A DNA stretch of 56,879 bases from Legionellaceae bacterium UBA2794 (GCA_002352055.1 DEHS01000088.1:23151-80029); one strand, 5' to 3'. Positions 8,901 through 18,176 are shown, counted from the first letter of the stretch. Numbers and translations: made by a program. The notes: a model not told the origin generated them from the sequence alone.

Positions 8901-11810
8901 GCGCATGTAATCGTGCAGGATTCAAAGTTATATCAGTTGGCTCAAGAACAACTGGGCTTTAAAGCGGGCACTTATCGTACTGATGCCTTAAGATTTCAAA
9001 CAGCAAAGCTTTTTCATTCATTAGACTCACCCCAAAAAAATGCTTTTTCAGTTGTACGCCAATATGTGGCTTTAAATCACCGTATTGCCAAACAAGCCCA
9101 TCATATCAATCAGCTTAAAACAACAAATCCTTTAACCCCCTCTAATAAAAAAGAATTACATTCCTTATCAGTAAAAAGAAATCAATTGGCAACAATCATT
9201 GTAGGGCATTTAGAACTTTATAAACCTTATTTGAAGCATTATTCAATAGGTGAGTTAAATCGAATTGGACTGCCACAATATGAGTACCGCAAAGGAGAAA
9301 CAGCTACAGTTAAAAGACTAGAAACTTTAGTAAAGCATGCGCAAATGGATGTAATAAGAAATCAAGTGATGGAGTACTCTAAAGCTCAAGGAATGGCAAA
9401 AGAGTTCTTGGCCGCTCAAATCAAACGAGAAGCAAAACTGGCTCACCCTTATATTTTAAGTCATGCACAAAGTCTCAATCAAAAGCCAGAAGAGCTTTGG
9501 AAGGCAATTCATCACGATGCACAAATTCAGCGTGACCGCTTATTTAGAGAAGGTCTAAATCCGGTGGGACGAGAGGTTTTTGACAAAGCGAAAGCATATA
9601 AGGAAATCCAAAAACAATTAAGTGAAGGCTGGGCGCAAAAGCTAAAGAATCCTCATGTTCTTGATGAAACATTTAAAAATAATCTGCTAAAGCGTAATGA
9701 GCTGGCTGAACAATTAGTTCAACATCGAGCACTTCCTGATGTCTTGTCTTATTTTAAACTGGATAAGCAGCTGTTGAATCAACAAAAGAATAAACATAGT
9801 TATAAAGAAAATGTGCAACGCTTTATCCATAGCAACAGTAATTTTAAAGTACGGCTTGAAGCAGTTCAAAGCATTAAAGAGGACATTAAAGGACATTATC
9901 CCTATCTTTGTGAGGCTAAGCTTAATCTTAAACTATTCAATAAATATGGCAGAGCAGTTGAGCGACAAGAACGATTCAATGATTTATCTTTGACTGAGCG
10001 CAAGGCTTATCAAACATTTTTAAATTATAAAATGGCTGGGAAAAATGCTTATCAACAATGGCAAAAAGTTCATCGGGACAACTATGGGGTAAAAAAGCAA
10101 GGATTAATACAAGAAGCAATGCAGTGTTCAGCTCATCGTGATGCTCTGGCTCATCAATTAATCAAATCACCTTTTCTTGATTCGATTTTAAATTGTGAAA
10201 AAGGTAATAAAGAAACAATAGTAGCACATGGTGTACAGCATCAAGAGAAGCTTAAAGCACTTAGCCAATTCAATAAATCACTGCACACTTATACTAAACA
10301 GTATTCCTCAATACATCACAAAGAAAAAAAGTCAGAAATTCTTGCTTGGCAAAATAATTGGGCTCAGTTAAATCAACAACTACACCGAATAGAACGCCAT
10401 ACATCTTACCAGTGGGCATTGAAAGAATGCCCTATTAATTCTTCCTCCATTAAGGAAGTCAACAAAGAGCTAGAGGCAGACTATGATTATAGGATTTCAG
10501 AATCACATCCTAATCCAAGCAAATCGAAACAGCTGAAATGTGTTGATAAAGCTTCACAAAAACTCGATGCCCAAATCATTAATGAAGCATTAATAGCTAA
10601 TGCAGAGCAAACTTATAAGAGCATATGGGGTGAACCTAAATCACAAAATACTAAAGAGTTACGTTACAGCGGCGGATTAATTGTGACTTTGAAAGGTAAA
10701 AGCCAAGGTTTATGGTATGACTTTAGTGATGGGGTTGGGGGCTCACCTATTCAAGCCTTAATGAAAGAGCATCATATTTCATTTCCAGAGGCACTTAAAA
10801 AAGCCTCTGAGATCATCGGTTATCAGCCAATTACATCAAGAGTAGATGTAAGTAAAAAACATAAGATATCTAATGAATTAGAAAGAAAAAATAAAATTTT
10901 GGCCGCTCTTAGTATATGGAACGGAGGTGCTTCAATCAAAGGAACCCTTGCTGAGCGCTACTTAAAAGAACACCGAGGCATTGATCCTGCCAAAGAAATC
11001 GATGCACGGTTTTGGCCAGTAGGAGCTCCTTGGACCACCTACAATGAAAATGGGGAGTTAGAGCAAAAAACGAATAAAATTCCTGCTCTTCTTTTTGCAG
11101 CACGAAACAAACAAGGAGAACTCACCGGTGTTCAACGTATTTACTTAGATGCGCAAACAGCTAAGAAAAATACCTTTCTTGAGTCTGCCAAATTGTCCAA
11201 AGGTATTATTGAGGGTAGTGCCGGACTTATTCAAAAAGGGATGAAAAATTCCCGCCTCTATATTGCAGAAGGCCCAGAAACCGCAGCATCCATTGCTATG
11301 GCAGACAGAAAAGCAACAGTATTGGCTTCTTTTGGAATTTCCAATATCAAAAATTTAGGCGAAGTAATTCAAAGTTACAAGCCTAAAGAAATACTGGTGG
11401 CTGCAGATAATGATGGATATAATTCCAAGTCTCAAAAGACTCTTTATAAGACAGTAGAGTTGTTAAAAGAGCAGGGGATTGAAGTAAAAATTTTAGCTCC
11501 TGAGGTTTTGCCTGGTAAATCCAAAACGGATTGGAATGATGTTCTTTTAAGTAAAGGAATTGAGTCAATTCAAAAACAATTATTGGTTCCAAATGTAAAA
11601 ATTGGAGCGTATGAATTTAAAGATCCCATGAATTCAAAAGATCGGATGCAGTTGAATATTAATCAACTTATTACTTCTGATGTAATTAAAATACCTAGAG
11701 TTCATGATGTAAATCAGAAATTGAATAATAATACTCTAAAAAATGATTCAATATCTCTAGAGAAAAATGTTAGAAGAAGAGAATGTGATTTGGAAATGGG
11801 GATATCCTAG
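5973..11810 (+). CDS. traI: MOBF TraI-type relaxase / helicase with C-terminal Toprim primase-like domain
   Basis: 1945-aa ORF. Relaxase: paired tyrosines ASYY..NYY (aa 16-24), HRPGFDMTVSAPKS, His triad QTHVHLVV (H159 at 6447). P-loop helicase: GYAGTGKTT (7383-7409), VVDEASM. C-terminal primase-like region: LWYDFSDGVGGSPI, Toprim YIAEGPETA (E at 11268), AADNDG (11400-11417), TDWNDVL. Confidence 0.9.
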   Translation: MLSIQPLESAEGAASYYLNVVNYYAQDSKSIRWLGSGAKELGIHGQNVEKEQMLSLLQGTLPNGQQLGRIDKDGIHHRPGFDMTVSAPKSFSILLETGADPRLAQIMDDTVDWFVTEMEKEFAQTRQIVDGELEYANTQNFVIAAFRQPNSRANDPQTHVHLVVQNMTHCQDEKWRSLASDMNGNKGVIEQIMKHHIYGGLKFRNKLANGVKDIGYELEVDAQGLWEIKGIPESLMTHFSKRRQDIEGVLEENGWQGAKASSIAAQKTKVDKELIDIEGWRKDILQECHEFGFNPHAFVSEISLQKNSFIKTIKERVMEYFYSKEQYQMQHAQKAVHVAIESVSQQQAVFDWRTLKKEALIYSIASQHIIDEKLINQAIEEQIKTQNLYEATHPYTKQNLLTTPWQLTLESESIACIEQGKNAISPICTKQKVSDFIKDKESELQFSLSTSQKQAMISFLTTKDRYMAIQGYAGTGKTTMLRLTKELALQQGYTFRGITAGSSAAHELSVKGGLDATTFAKELGRLQRQKQDLSKTIFVVDEASMLSNPQGHKIIKLVEQFNTQLKVIGDKAQLPSPSSGRWFSIVQDYGIHTVAMTDNLRQKDEHLKESALHASRGEIYDAVEKLTHVHTEKTYLNRVQQMANLWLSLPQTEREQTLCFAPTHRNRHDVTEILRQGLQKEGKLTGGIHQQPILIERKMTGIQLRNSMYYSAKDVIRFNTAISRYRIQAGEYLTVNPISEQNKNKNTLSLQRSDGKSFTLPLNSLPQYKAHQKDLERLLEVYQQGKLQLMQGDKIQWKRNSEPYGIRNSELGIIKTITNEHIEIQQDNQKIIQLNRNANELKHLDHGYVLTTYAAQGKDKKRGIGLIESFNRFSTTIQNFYVEITRAIESMTVITDDKDTLVKAITLNDADKASALEMVSAETLKTHQERFKSKLNLQNVIEKKLTKEKEWNAMENQVATYLQSKQQNKSPSAAKMAHVIVQDSKLYQLAQEQLGFKAGTYRTDALRFQTAKLFHSLDSPQKNAFSVVRQYVALNHRIAKQAHHINQLKTTNPLTPSNKKELHSLSVKRNQLATIIVGHLELYKPYLKHYSIGELNRIGLPQYEYRKGETATVKRLETLVKHAQMDVIRNQVMEYSKAQGMAKEFLAAQIKREAKLAHPYILSHAQSLNQKPEELWKAIHHDAQIQRDRLFREGLNPVGREVFDKAKAYKEIQKQLSEGWAQKLKNPHVLDETFKNNLLKRNELAEQLVQHRALPDVLSYFKLDKQLLNQQKNKHSYKENVQRFIHSNSNFKVRLEAVQSIKEDIKGHYPYLCEAKLNLKLFNKYGRAVERQERFNDLSLTERKAYQTFLNYKMAGKNAYQQWQKVHRDNYGVKKQGLIQEAMQCSAHRDALAHQLIKSPFLDSILNCEKGNKETIVAHGVQHQEKLKALSQFNKSLHTYTKQYSSIHHKEKKSEILAWQNNWAQLNQQLHRIERHTSYQWALKECPINSSSIKEVNKELEADYDYRISESHPNPSKSKQLKCVDKASQKLDAQIINEALIANAEQTYKSIWGEPKSQNTKELRYSGGLIVTLKGKSQGLWYDFSDGVGGSPIQALMKEHHISFPEALKKASEIIGYQPITSRVDVSKKHKISNELERKNKILAALSIWNGGASIKGTLAERYLKEHRGIDPAKEIDARFWPVGAPWTTYNENGELEQKTNKIPALLFAARNKQGELTGVQRIYLDAQTAKKNTFLESAKLSKGIIEGSAGLIQKGMKNSRLYIAEGPETAASIAMADRKATVLASFGISNIKNLGEVIQSYKPKEILVAADNDGYNSKSQKTLYKTVELLKEQGIEVKILAPEVLPGKSKTDWNDVLLSKGIESIQKQLLVPNVKIGAYEFKDPMNSKDRMQLNINQLITSDVIKIPRVHDVNQKLNNNTLKNDSISLEKNVRRRECDLEMGIS

Positions 11811-11849
11811 AAATTTTAGAGATTCGCCATTCTATTGATTGAGACAACG

Positions 11850-12488
11850 ATGAAAAATAATTATTTTGACAGCCCATTTAAGGGCATTCCATTAGATCAA
11901 CAAGTAACTAATCCCAATATTATTGTAGGACGTTACAGTTATTATTCAGGTTATTATCATGGTCATTCATTTGATGATTGTGCGCGTTATTTATTACCCG
12001 ATCAAAATGATGTGGATAAATTAATCATTGGTAGCTTTTGTTCAATTGGCAGTGGTGTATCATTTATGATGGCTGGAAACCAAGGTCATCGTATGGATTG
12101 GATTAGCACTTTTCCTTTTTTCTATACAGAAGATCCTGAATTTGCAACTGCAATTGATGGTTATCAGTCAGCTGGAGATACCATAGTAGGGCATGATGTT
12201 TGGATTGGAAGTGAGGCCATGATTATGCCTGGAATTAAGATTGGAACAGGTGCAATTATCGGTGCTCGTGCGGTTATTACTAAAGATGTAGAACCTTATT
12301 CCATTGTCAGCGGAGTCCCAGCTAAATTGATTCGTAAGCGCTTTAGTGATGAAGATATAGCTCGCTTATTAGAAATGACCTGGTGGGATTGGCCAGTTGA
12401 ACGCTTATCAGAGGCTCAATCTATATTATGTTCCAATGATATTCAAAAACTCTATAATTATTGGTTATCTTGGACTAGAGAAATATAA
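11850..12488 (+). CDS. catB: xenobiotic (hexapeptide-repeat) acetyltransferase, CatB/Vat group
   Basis: [48 protein letters not shown] and [15 protein letters not shown] match my recollection of CatB-type chloramphenicol acetyltransferases. Hexapeptide repeats in the C-terminal half. ATG at 11850 (track starts at TTG 11835). Confidence 0.85.
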   Translation: MKNNYFDSPFKGIPLDQQVTNPNIIVGRYSYYSGYYHGHSFDDCARYLLPDQNDVDKLIIGSFCSIGSGVSFMMAGNQGHRMDWISTFPFFYTEDPEFATAIDGYQSAGDTIVGHDVWIGSEAMIMPGIKIGTGAIIGARAVITKDVEPYSIVSGVPAKLIRKRFSDEDIARLLEMTWWDWPVERLSEAQSILCSNDIQKLYNYWLSWTREI

Positions 12489-12542
12489 GAATGATCCTGG
12501 TTGTAAAGAGGATGCTCACGATATTCTGCTTGGAAAAATATT

Positions 12543-13550
12543 ATGATTCAAATTGAAAAAATAACTGGGGAATTGGCGCAAAAGGTATGTCAAAGCTTGA
12601 CCCACGATTTGCCTGAATACTTTGGATTATCCGAAGCTAATGAGCATTATGAAAAAGGAGTAAAAGCGCGGATTAATTTTGCCGCAAAAAAGAATAATGA
12701 GTCGCTGGGTCTGATTTCCATTGATTTTCCTTATCCTCACAATGCCAACATTTATTGGATGGCAGTACGAAAAGATTATCACCGTCAGGGCATAGGGCGA
12801 CAATTATTTGATGCAGCCTGCCATTTCGCAAAAACACAAGGTGCGAAAACGATAACGGTTGAAACCTTAAGTCCTTCTGAATCAGAAGAAAACTACCTTA
12901 AAACCTATCAATTTTATCAATCAATCGGTTTTACTCCTCTTTTTGATTTAAAACCAGAAGGTTATGAATGGAATATGGTATACATGGTAAAAAAACTCGA
13001 TAACTTAAGTTTAAACTCAAATTCCATTACTATTAGAACGTTTGAATTAGCAGATATCCCTCAACTTGTAGAAGCATTTCAGAAAGCAAATTGGGAAAAA
13101 CCTACTTCACTGTTTGAAACTTATTACCAAGAACAACAAAATGCTGAGCGCAGGATATGGGTGGCTTTTTTTAAAGACCAGATTGCGGGTTATGTCACTT
13201 TAAAATGGACATCCCTGTATGAGCCTTTTGCTCAACAAAAAATACCTGAAATTATGGATTTAAATGTATTGCCATCATTTCGTAAACAAGGAATAGGAAG
13301 TGTGTTACTTACCATCGCTGAAGGCGAAGCGGCAAGGAAGCACGAAGTTATTGGTATTGGTGTAGGGTTATATGGTGGTCCCGATGGAGGTTATGGATAT
13401 GCCCAACGCTTGTATGTAAAACGAGGTTATTGCCCTAATGGTTTAGGCCCAACTTATAATTATGAGCCTACCGTACCAGGACAAGCCTATGCTCTGGATG
13501 ATGATTTGATATTATGGTTTACCAAGGATAATACATCTAAGAAGTTATAA
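12543..13550 (+). CDS. tandem double-GNAT N-acetyltransferase
   Basis: Two acetyl-CoA motif A copies: RKDYHRQGIGRQLF and LPSFRKQGIGSVLL, each in a ~150-aa GNAT-like half. Confidence 0.75.
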   Translation: MIQIEKITGELAQKVCQSLTHDLPEYFGLSEANEHYEKGVKARINFAAKKNNESLGLISIDFPYPHNANIYWMAVRKDYHRQGIGRQLFDAACHFAKTQGAKTITVETLSPSESEENYLKTYQFYQSIGFTPLFDLKPEGYEWNMVYMVKKLDNLSLNSNSITIRTFELADIPQLVEAFQKANWEKPTSLFETYYQEQQNAERRIWVAFFKDQIAGYVTLKWTSLYEPFAQQKIPEIMDLNVLPSFRKQGIGSVLLTIAEGEAARKHEVIGIGVGLYGGPDGGYGYAQRLYVKRGYCPNGLGPTYNYEPTVPGQAYALDDDLILWFTKDNTSKKL

Positions 13551-13577
13551 TTTGGTTGAATCAATGAGAAAGCCACT

Positions 13578-13928
13578 ATGAAACAAGAACATCAGTGCAT
13601 TTATGAGTTAGAAATTTCTCTTTTAACACCAAAAGTGAGAAAATCCAGCACACAACTAAAGAAACTTATTGCTGATGAATTTATCGAATATGGTGCTTCA
13701 GGTTTAATTTACAACAAAAATGACCTACTCGATTCTCTTCCTGAAGAAGACCCACAGAACTATTTTGTTGAGAATTTTTCAGTTTTAGAATTATCGTCTG
13801 AAGTAATGCTTGCAACTTATAAAGTCACTGTTGCATCCAAAAGTTCCTTGCGCTCCTCAATCTGGCAATATAAAAACAATTGTTGGCAAATGGTTTTTCA
13901 TCAAGGAACTCCTTGCCAAGAGAAATAA
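13578..13928 (+). CDS. DUF4440/SnoaL-like (NTF2 fold) protein
   Basis: 116 aa. ELEISLLTP..VRKS...L..LIADEFIEYGASG ... WQMVFHQGT is typical of DUF4440. Confidence 0.5.
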   Translation: MKQEHQCIYELEISLLTPKVRKSSTQLKKLIADEFIEYGASGLIYNKNDLLDSLPEEDPQNYFVENFSVLELSSEVMLATYKVTVASKSSLRSSIWQYKNNCWQMVFHQGTPCQEK

Positions 13929-13945
13929 TTTTACGGAAGTATATT

Positions 13946-15013
13946 ATGCGTCCTCATATTATTGGAATTAGCGGCAAAACAGGTGCTGGCAAATCCACAT
14001 TAGCTAAGATATTAGCTTCAGAATTTTCTGCCACGTTAATTTCATGGGATGATTTTGATGAAATCTCAGCTGAGCCAAATAATTATATTGATTGGCATCA
14101 TCAAGGCAGTGATTATAGTGAGTTTAAGCGAGATGCGCTGCAACATATTTTAGCAAGCCTGGCAAAAGGCGAAAACGTGACTCATCCTGTACTCAATACC
14201 CCATTAAACCCTACACCCTATATTGTGTTTGATGCCCCGCTTGGAACGCTTCATACGCAAACAGGTAAATACATCGATACTTGCATTCATATTGAAGTGC
14301 CACTGGATGTTTCTTTATGCCGTCGCTTATTAAGAGATTTTGAAGGGAAGGGCAATACCAAAGAGGAGCTTCTTGAAGAAATTAAATTTTATCTAAATCA
14401 ATCAAGACCTTTATTTTTTGATGATGAACTCAAAAAAAGTGCTGATTTAGTTGTGGATGGTATGTTAAGTCCACAAATACAACTAGAGCAGATAATTAGC
14501 TACTTAAAAGACCTCAAAAAGAATTCTAATTCTTTAGAAGATAGAGATTATCAAATTCAATTTGTTGACGAATTGGATGAAGACACAGAAAATCGAATGA
14601 CAAAAGGATTTATTGCTTATGAGGCTCAGCATGGTATTGATGTTAATTACCGACGTTTTTCAGTAACGATTTCCAATGCACAAAAAGAAGTTTTTGGGGT
14701 GATTAATGCTTTTACCGCATTTTCGGAAATTTATGTAGATGATATCTGGATAGAGGGTTCTTGTCGTGGGAAAGGATATGGAAAACAGTTGTTGGTTGCT
14801 CTGGAGAATCATTTTAAGGGAAAGGGCTTTAATAATATTAATTTAGTGACCAGCGCTTTTCAGGCTCCTGAGTTTTATAAGAAATGCGGTTTCATAGCAG
14901 AGTTTACAAGAATAAACAAAAAAAATCCCAAGTTAAGTAAAACATTTTTTGCCAAATTTTTTAACGAAGATTCAGAAACTCAAGGAATTCTTCAAGAGGG
15001 TAATCATGAATAA
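13946..15013 (+). CDS. fusion: uridine-kinase-like P-loop kinase + GNAT acetyltransferase
   Basis: ATG at 13946 (MRPHIIGISGKTGAGKSTLAKILA, Walker A). Also DTCIHIEVPLDVSLCRRLLRD. C-terminal GNAT with IEGSCRGKGYGKQLL and FYKKCGF. Confidence 0.7.
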   Translation: MRPHIIGISGKTGAGKSTLAKILASEFSATLISWDDFDEISAEPNNYIDWHHQGSDYSEFKRDALQHILASLAKGENVTHPVLNTPLNPTPYIVFDAPLGTLHTQTGKYIDTCIHIEVPLDVSLCRRLLRDFEGKGNTKEELLEEIKFYLNQSRPLFFDDELKKSADLVVDGMLSPQIQLEQIISYLKDLKKNSNSLEDRDYQIQFVDELDEDTENRMTKGFIAYEAQHGIDVNYRRFSVTISNAQKEVFGVINAFTAFSEIYVDDIWIEGSCRGKGYGKQLLVALENHFKGKGFNNINLVTSAFQAPEFYKKCGFIAEFTRINKKNPKLSKTFFAKFFNEDSETQGILQEGNHE

Positions 15014-15435
15014 TGAACAACCGATTATTTCATCTTCTTGATGACTTAAGATCTTATTTTGAAGAGCTTACAAGAAAAGCATTTTTAATTAAAATTGAGG
15101 ATCAGTTAGCAGGCTTTGTTTTACTTCGCCAACTCCAATCATTGCCTATCAACAGTTGGGATATGAGTGAATTTTTTATTCTTTCAAAATTTCAAGGGAA
15201 AGGTGTCGGTGGCCAAGTAGCGCAAATAATTTGGAACACCTATCCAGGTTATTGGGAGGTTTCAATAATTCCAGAAAACAAAAGTGCTCTAGCCTTTTGG
15301 CGTAAAATCATTTCGGTATATACTAACAAAAACTACAATGAAGAAATTAAAACAATAACATACGACAAAAATCAGCCACAGAGCTATTTTCTAACTTTTG
15401 ATTCGTGTATACATTCCGCAATAGGAGGAGTTTAA
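15013..15435 (+). CDS. GNAT-like acetyltransferase (short)
   Basis: FFILSKFQGKGVGGQVA motif A. Start overlaps the upstream stop (TAATG). Appears N-terminally shorter than typical relatives. Confidence 0.5.
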   Translation: MNNRLFHLLDDLRSYFEELTRKAFLIKIEDQLAGFVLLRQLQSLPINSWDMSEFFILSKFQGKGVGGQVAQIIWNTYPGYWEVSIIPENKSALAFWRKIISVYTNKNYNEEIKTITYDKNQPQSYFLTFDSCIHSAIGGV

Positions 15436-15436
15436 A

Positions 15437-15820
15437 GTGTTGCCAAAAAAGGCAAGTTTAAAACACATTGCTTTGGCTGTGTATTATCTCGATGAATGTG
15501 AAGAATTTTATCATACTTTAGGAATGCGTACGGAACTTAAGACTGAAGACTATGTGTATTTAACTCATTATGAGGATAGTTTGTCTCTTCATAAAGTAAA
15601 TCATCAATTTCCTGCACATCAAAGATTAGAACATATTGGTTTTGCGTTGGATTCGGTTGATGCAGTAAATAAGCTTTATCAGTTTGCACTCAAAAATCAC
15701 CTCAATATTTTGAATGAACCTAAAACTTTTGGTATAGGTACGCACAGCTTTAGTGTTCAAGATCCGGATGGGATAGAGGTAGAGTTTGTATATCATCCTA
15801 CAATGCGGAATCTCCCCTAA
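15437..15820 (+). CDS. VOC (glyoxalase/bleomycin-resistance/dioxygenase) family protein
   Basis: 127 aa, GTG start. LKHIALAV ... LEHIGFAL ... FSVQDPDGIEVEF beta-alpha-beta-beta-beta modules. Confidence 0.7.
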   Translation: MLPKKASLKHIALAVYYLDECEEFYHTLGMRTELKTEDYVYLTHYEDSLSLHKVNHQFPAHQRLEHIGFALDSVDAVNKLYQFALKNHLNILNEPKTFGIGTHSFSVQDPDGIEVEFVYHPTMRNLP

Positions 15821-15834
15821 ATAAGAAGTAATCA

Positions 15835-16098
15835 ATGCTAATTAAATCAACAGTAAATGAACGATATCGACATTATAAAACCGGTAAAGTATACGAAATT
15901 ATTGCTTATGCTTTGCATAGTGAAACCCAAGAAGAGTTAGTGGTTTATAAAGCATTATATCATTGTGAACAATTTGGAAATCATCAGATGTGGGTACGTC
16001 CTAAGGCTATGTTTCATGAAACAATAATTTATGAAGGGACTGCTGTGCAACGATTTAAATTGATTAAGGAATGTGAAAATTATGAGCATACACTTTGA
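15835..16098 (+). CDS. DUF1653 family protein
   Basis: 87 aa. YRHYKTGKVYEIIAYALHSETQEELVVYKALY...MWVRP pattern. Confidence 0.55.
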   Translation: MLIKSTVNERYRHYKTGKVYEIIAYALHSETQEELVVYKALYHCEQFGNHQMWVRPKAMFHETIIYEGTAVQRFKLIKECENYEHTL

Positions 16099-16246
16099 AA
16101 AAGCTAATTTAAATCATATTCCTATGATTTTCGAATGGCTTGCACAACCGTATATTCAAGAGTTTTGGGATAATACTCAAGGCCATAAAGATGATATTTT
16201 AAATTTTGTGAATGGTCGCATATTGGTTAAGCGCTTTAAAGTATGA
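16082..16246 (+). pseudogene. N-terminal remnant of a GNAT (Acetyltransf_8/AAC-like) gene
   Basis: 54-codon ORF, below the track cutoff: MSIHFEKANLNHIPMIFEWLAQPYIQEFWDNTQGHKDDILNFVNGRILVKRFKV*. It resembles the first ~45 aa of aminoglycoside-acetyltransferase-like GNATs, then stops. It overlaps both neighbouring genes. Confidence 0.35.
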
Positions 16247-16725
16247 AAAGGAAAAAAATGATCACTATAGATCTCCTTAAAAATCACCCAGACAGTATAC
16301 CAAGATGCGCTGAAATTTGGCATGAAGTACTGGGTAAAATATGGCTACCGGATATTTCAGTTGAACGAGTAGTCCTGCGTTTCACAGAGCACTTAAATGA
16401 AGATATATTACCTATCACCTTTGTTGCACTTGATGGGGAAAAGCCCGTAGGGATGTGTTCTTTACGTTATAATGATGGCATCAGACCTGATTTAGCTCCA
16501 TGGCTTGGATCACTTGTAGTTGATCCTGAATATCAAAATCAAGGGATTGGATCCATGTTAATCGATAGGACAAAACAAAAAGCACGTGCTCTCGGGTTTG
16601 AACGACTTTATCTATTTGCCTTTGATCAAACAATCCCTGAGTATTATGAACGGTTGGGATGGCTAAAAATTGGTATGGATGAATTCAAAGATTATCCTGT
16701 GACCACAATGGAAATAGCAATATGA
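16243..16725 (+). CDS. GNAT family N-acetyltransferase
   Basis: VVDPEYQNQGIGSMLI motif A; YYERLGW. Confidence 0.75.
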   Translation: MKRKKMITIDLLKNHPDSIPRCAEIWHEVLGKIWLPDISVERVVLRFTEHLNEDILPITFVALDGEKPVGMCSLRYNDGIRPDLAPWLGSLVVDPEYQNQGIGSMLIDRTKQKARALGFERLYLFAFDQTIPEYYERLGWLKIGMDEFKDYPVTTMEIAI

Positions 16726-17549
16726 TAAATACTCCTCCTATTTTATATGGTACAGCCTGGAAAGAGGAGAATACTGAGCACCTGGTATTTCAGGCTTTAA
16801 ACTTAGGTTTTAAGGGTATTGATACCGCCAATCAAAGAAAGCACTATTTTGAGGAAGGTGTTGGACTTGCAATTCAGAAATTTTTAAAAACCAGCCAAAA
16901 GACACGCGCTGATTTGTTTCTACAAACAAAATTTACATCAGTACATGGCCAAGACTTTCGCTTACCTTATGATGCATTTGATTCATTAACCAATCAAGTG
17001 AAACAATCTTTTGACAGTTCGGCTGCTCATTTACAAACAAATTATATTGATTCGTATGTGCTTCATGGGCCTTCTCTGGCTCAGGGAATTACAGCTGATG
17101 ATTTAGAAATTTGGCAGGCTATGGAAGATTTAGTTCATCAGGGGAAAGTCAAATTTCTTGGAATTTCAAATGTAACTATGCAGCAGTTAGAGAAGCTATA
17201 TGGCAAAGTCTCTATAAAACCTTCATTCGTACAAAATCGATGTTTCACACGCACTCAATGGGATAAAGGGGTAAGGCTATTTTGTAAAAAACACAAAATG
17301 ATATATCAGGGGTTTTCTTTACTCACTGCCAATCTGCCTTATTTATCAACTCTCTACATAAAAAATGTTGCTAAAAAATATAATAAAACCATCCCACAAA
17401 TTATATTTCGTTTTGCTCTACATCTGGAGATGTTGCCTTTAACAGGCACGACAAATCCACTGCATATGACAGATGATTTAAATATCAATGATTTTGAGCT
17501 CACTCTTGAAGAAATTCAATTAATAGAAAATATGGCCATGGGGACCTAA
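16722..17549 (+). CDS. aldo/keto reductase
   Basis: YGTAWK, GIDTANQ..Y, LQTKF, YVLHGP, LGISN. 4-nt overlap with the upstream gene. Confidence 0.8.
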   Translation: MINTPPILYGTAWKEENTEHLVFQALNLGFKGIDTANQRKHYFEEGVGLAIQKFLKTSQKTRADLFLQTKFTSVHGQDFRLPYDAFDSLTNQVKQSFDSSAAHLQTNYIDSYVLHGPSLAQGITADDLEIWQAMEDLVHQGKVKFLGISNVTMQQLEKLYGKVSIKPSFVQNRCFTRTQWDKGVRLFCKKHKMIYQGFSLLTANLPYLSTLYIKNVAKKYNKTIPQIIFRFALHLEMLPLTGTTNPLHMTDDLNINDFELTLEEIQLIENMAMGT

Positions 17550-17554
17550 TTATA

Positions 17555-18169
17555 ATGACGCCATTTAATCTTGATAGTTACACCGAAGAAACCTTTAGCC
17601 AGTTAATACTTGATGAAATTAGAGTCGAACATATTGAGTTTCAAAATTGCAAGTTTAAACAATGTAAGTTTATAGGTGTTACTTTTAGCAAAGTAAAATT
17701 TATTGACTGTGATTTTGAGTCTTGCGATCTGTCTCTTGCAAAATTTCCAGGATGTAAATTTTCAGAAGTCTCATTTAAACAATCCAAACTTGTAGGAATC
17801 AATTGGACTGAATTAAGCTGGCCGTTGGTAAAACTTACAAGCCCACTGTATTTTTATGAAAGCAACCTAAGTCATTCGAGTTTTTTTGGACTTACGCTTG
17901 CTGATTTAATCATAGAAGGGTGTAAGGCTCACGAGGTTGATTTTAGAGAAGCCAATTTGAATCATACGAGTTTCGTAGGAACAGACTTACATAATAGTTT
18001 GTTTATGCGCACCAACTTAAAGCACGCTGATTTTACCAATGCCATCAATTACAACATTGATATCCAATGCAATACGCTAAGCAAAGCAAGTTTTTCCTTC
18101 CCTGATGTCATTGCATTGTTAAATCACCTGGATATAAAAATTAATGGTTGGCCCAATGAAGAAGCTTAA
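17555..18169 (+). CDS. pentapeptide-repeat protein (Qnr/MfpA/McbG-like size and layout)
   Basis: 204 aa of A(D/N)LXX-type repeats (FQNCKFKQCKFIGVTFSKVKFIDCDFESCDLSLAKF...), split by a central non-repeat segment. Confidence 0.8.
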   Translation: MTPFNLDSYTEETFSQLILDEIRVEHIEFQNCKFKQCKFIGVTFSKVKFIDCDFESCDLSLAKFPGCKFSEVSFKQSKLVGINWTELSWPLVKLTSPLYFYESNLSHSSFFGLTLADLIIEGCKAHEVDFREANLNHTSFVGTDLHNSLFMRTNLKHADFTNAINYNIDIQCNTLSKASFSFPDVIALLNHLDIKINGWPNEEA

Positions 18170-18176
18170 TTCCTAT

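Noticed and set aside
6255-11592. Short antisense or alternative-frame ORFs inside traI: 6255-6455, 6350-6550, 6683-6913, 7154-7360, 9714-9896, 9811-9993 and 11383-11592.
   Set aside because: All are embedded in the continuous 1945-codon traI frame, whose motifs validate it. They have no independent signals.
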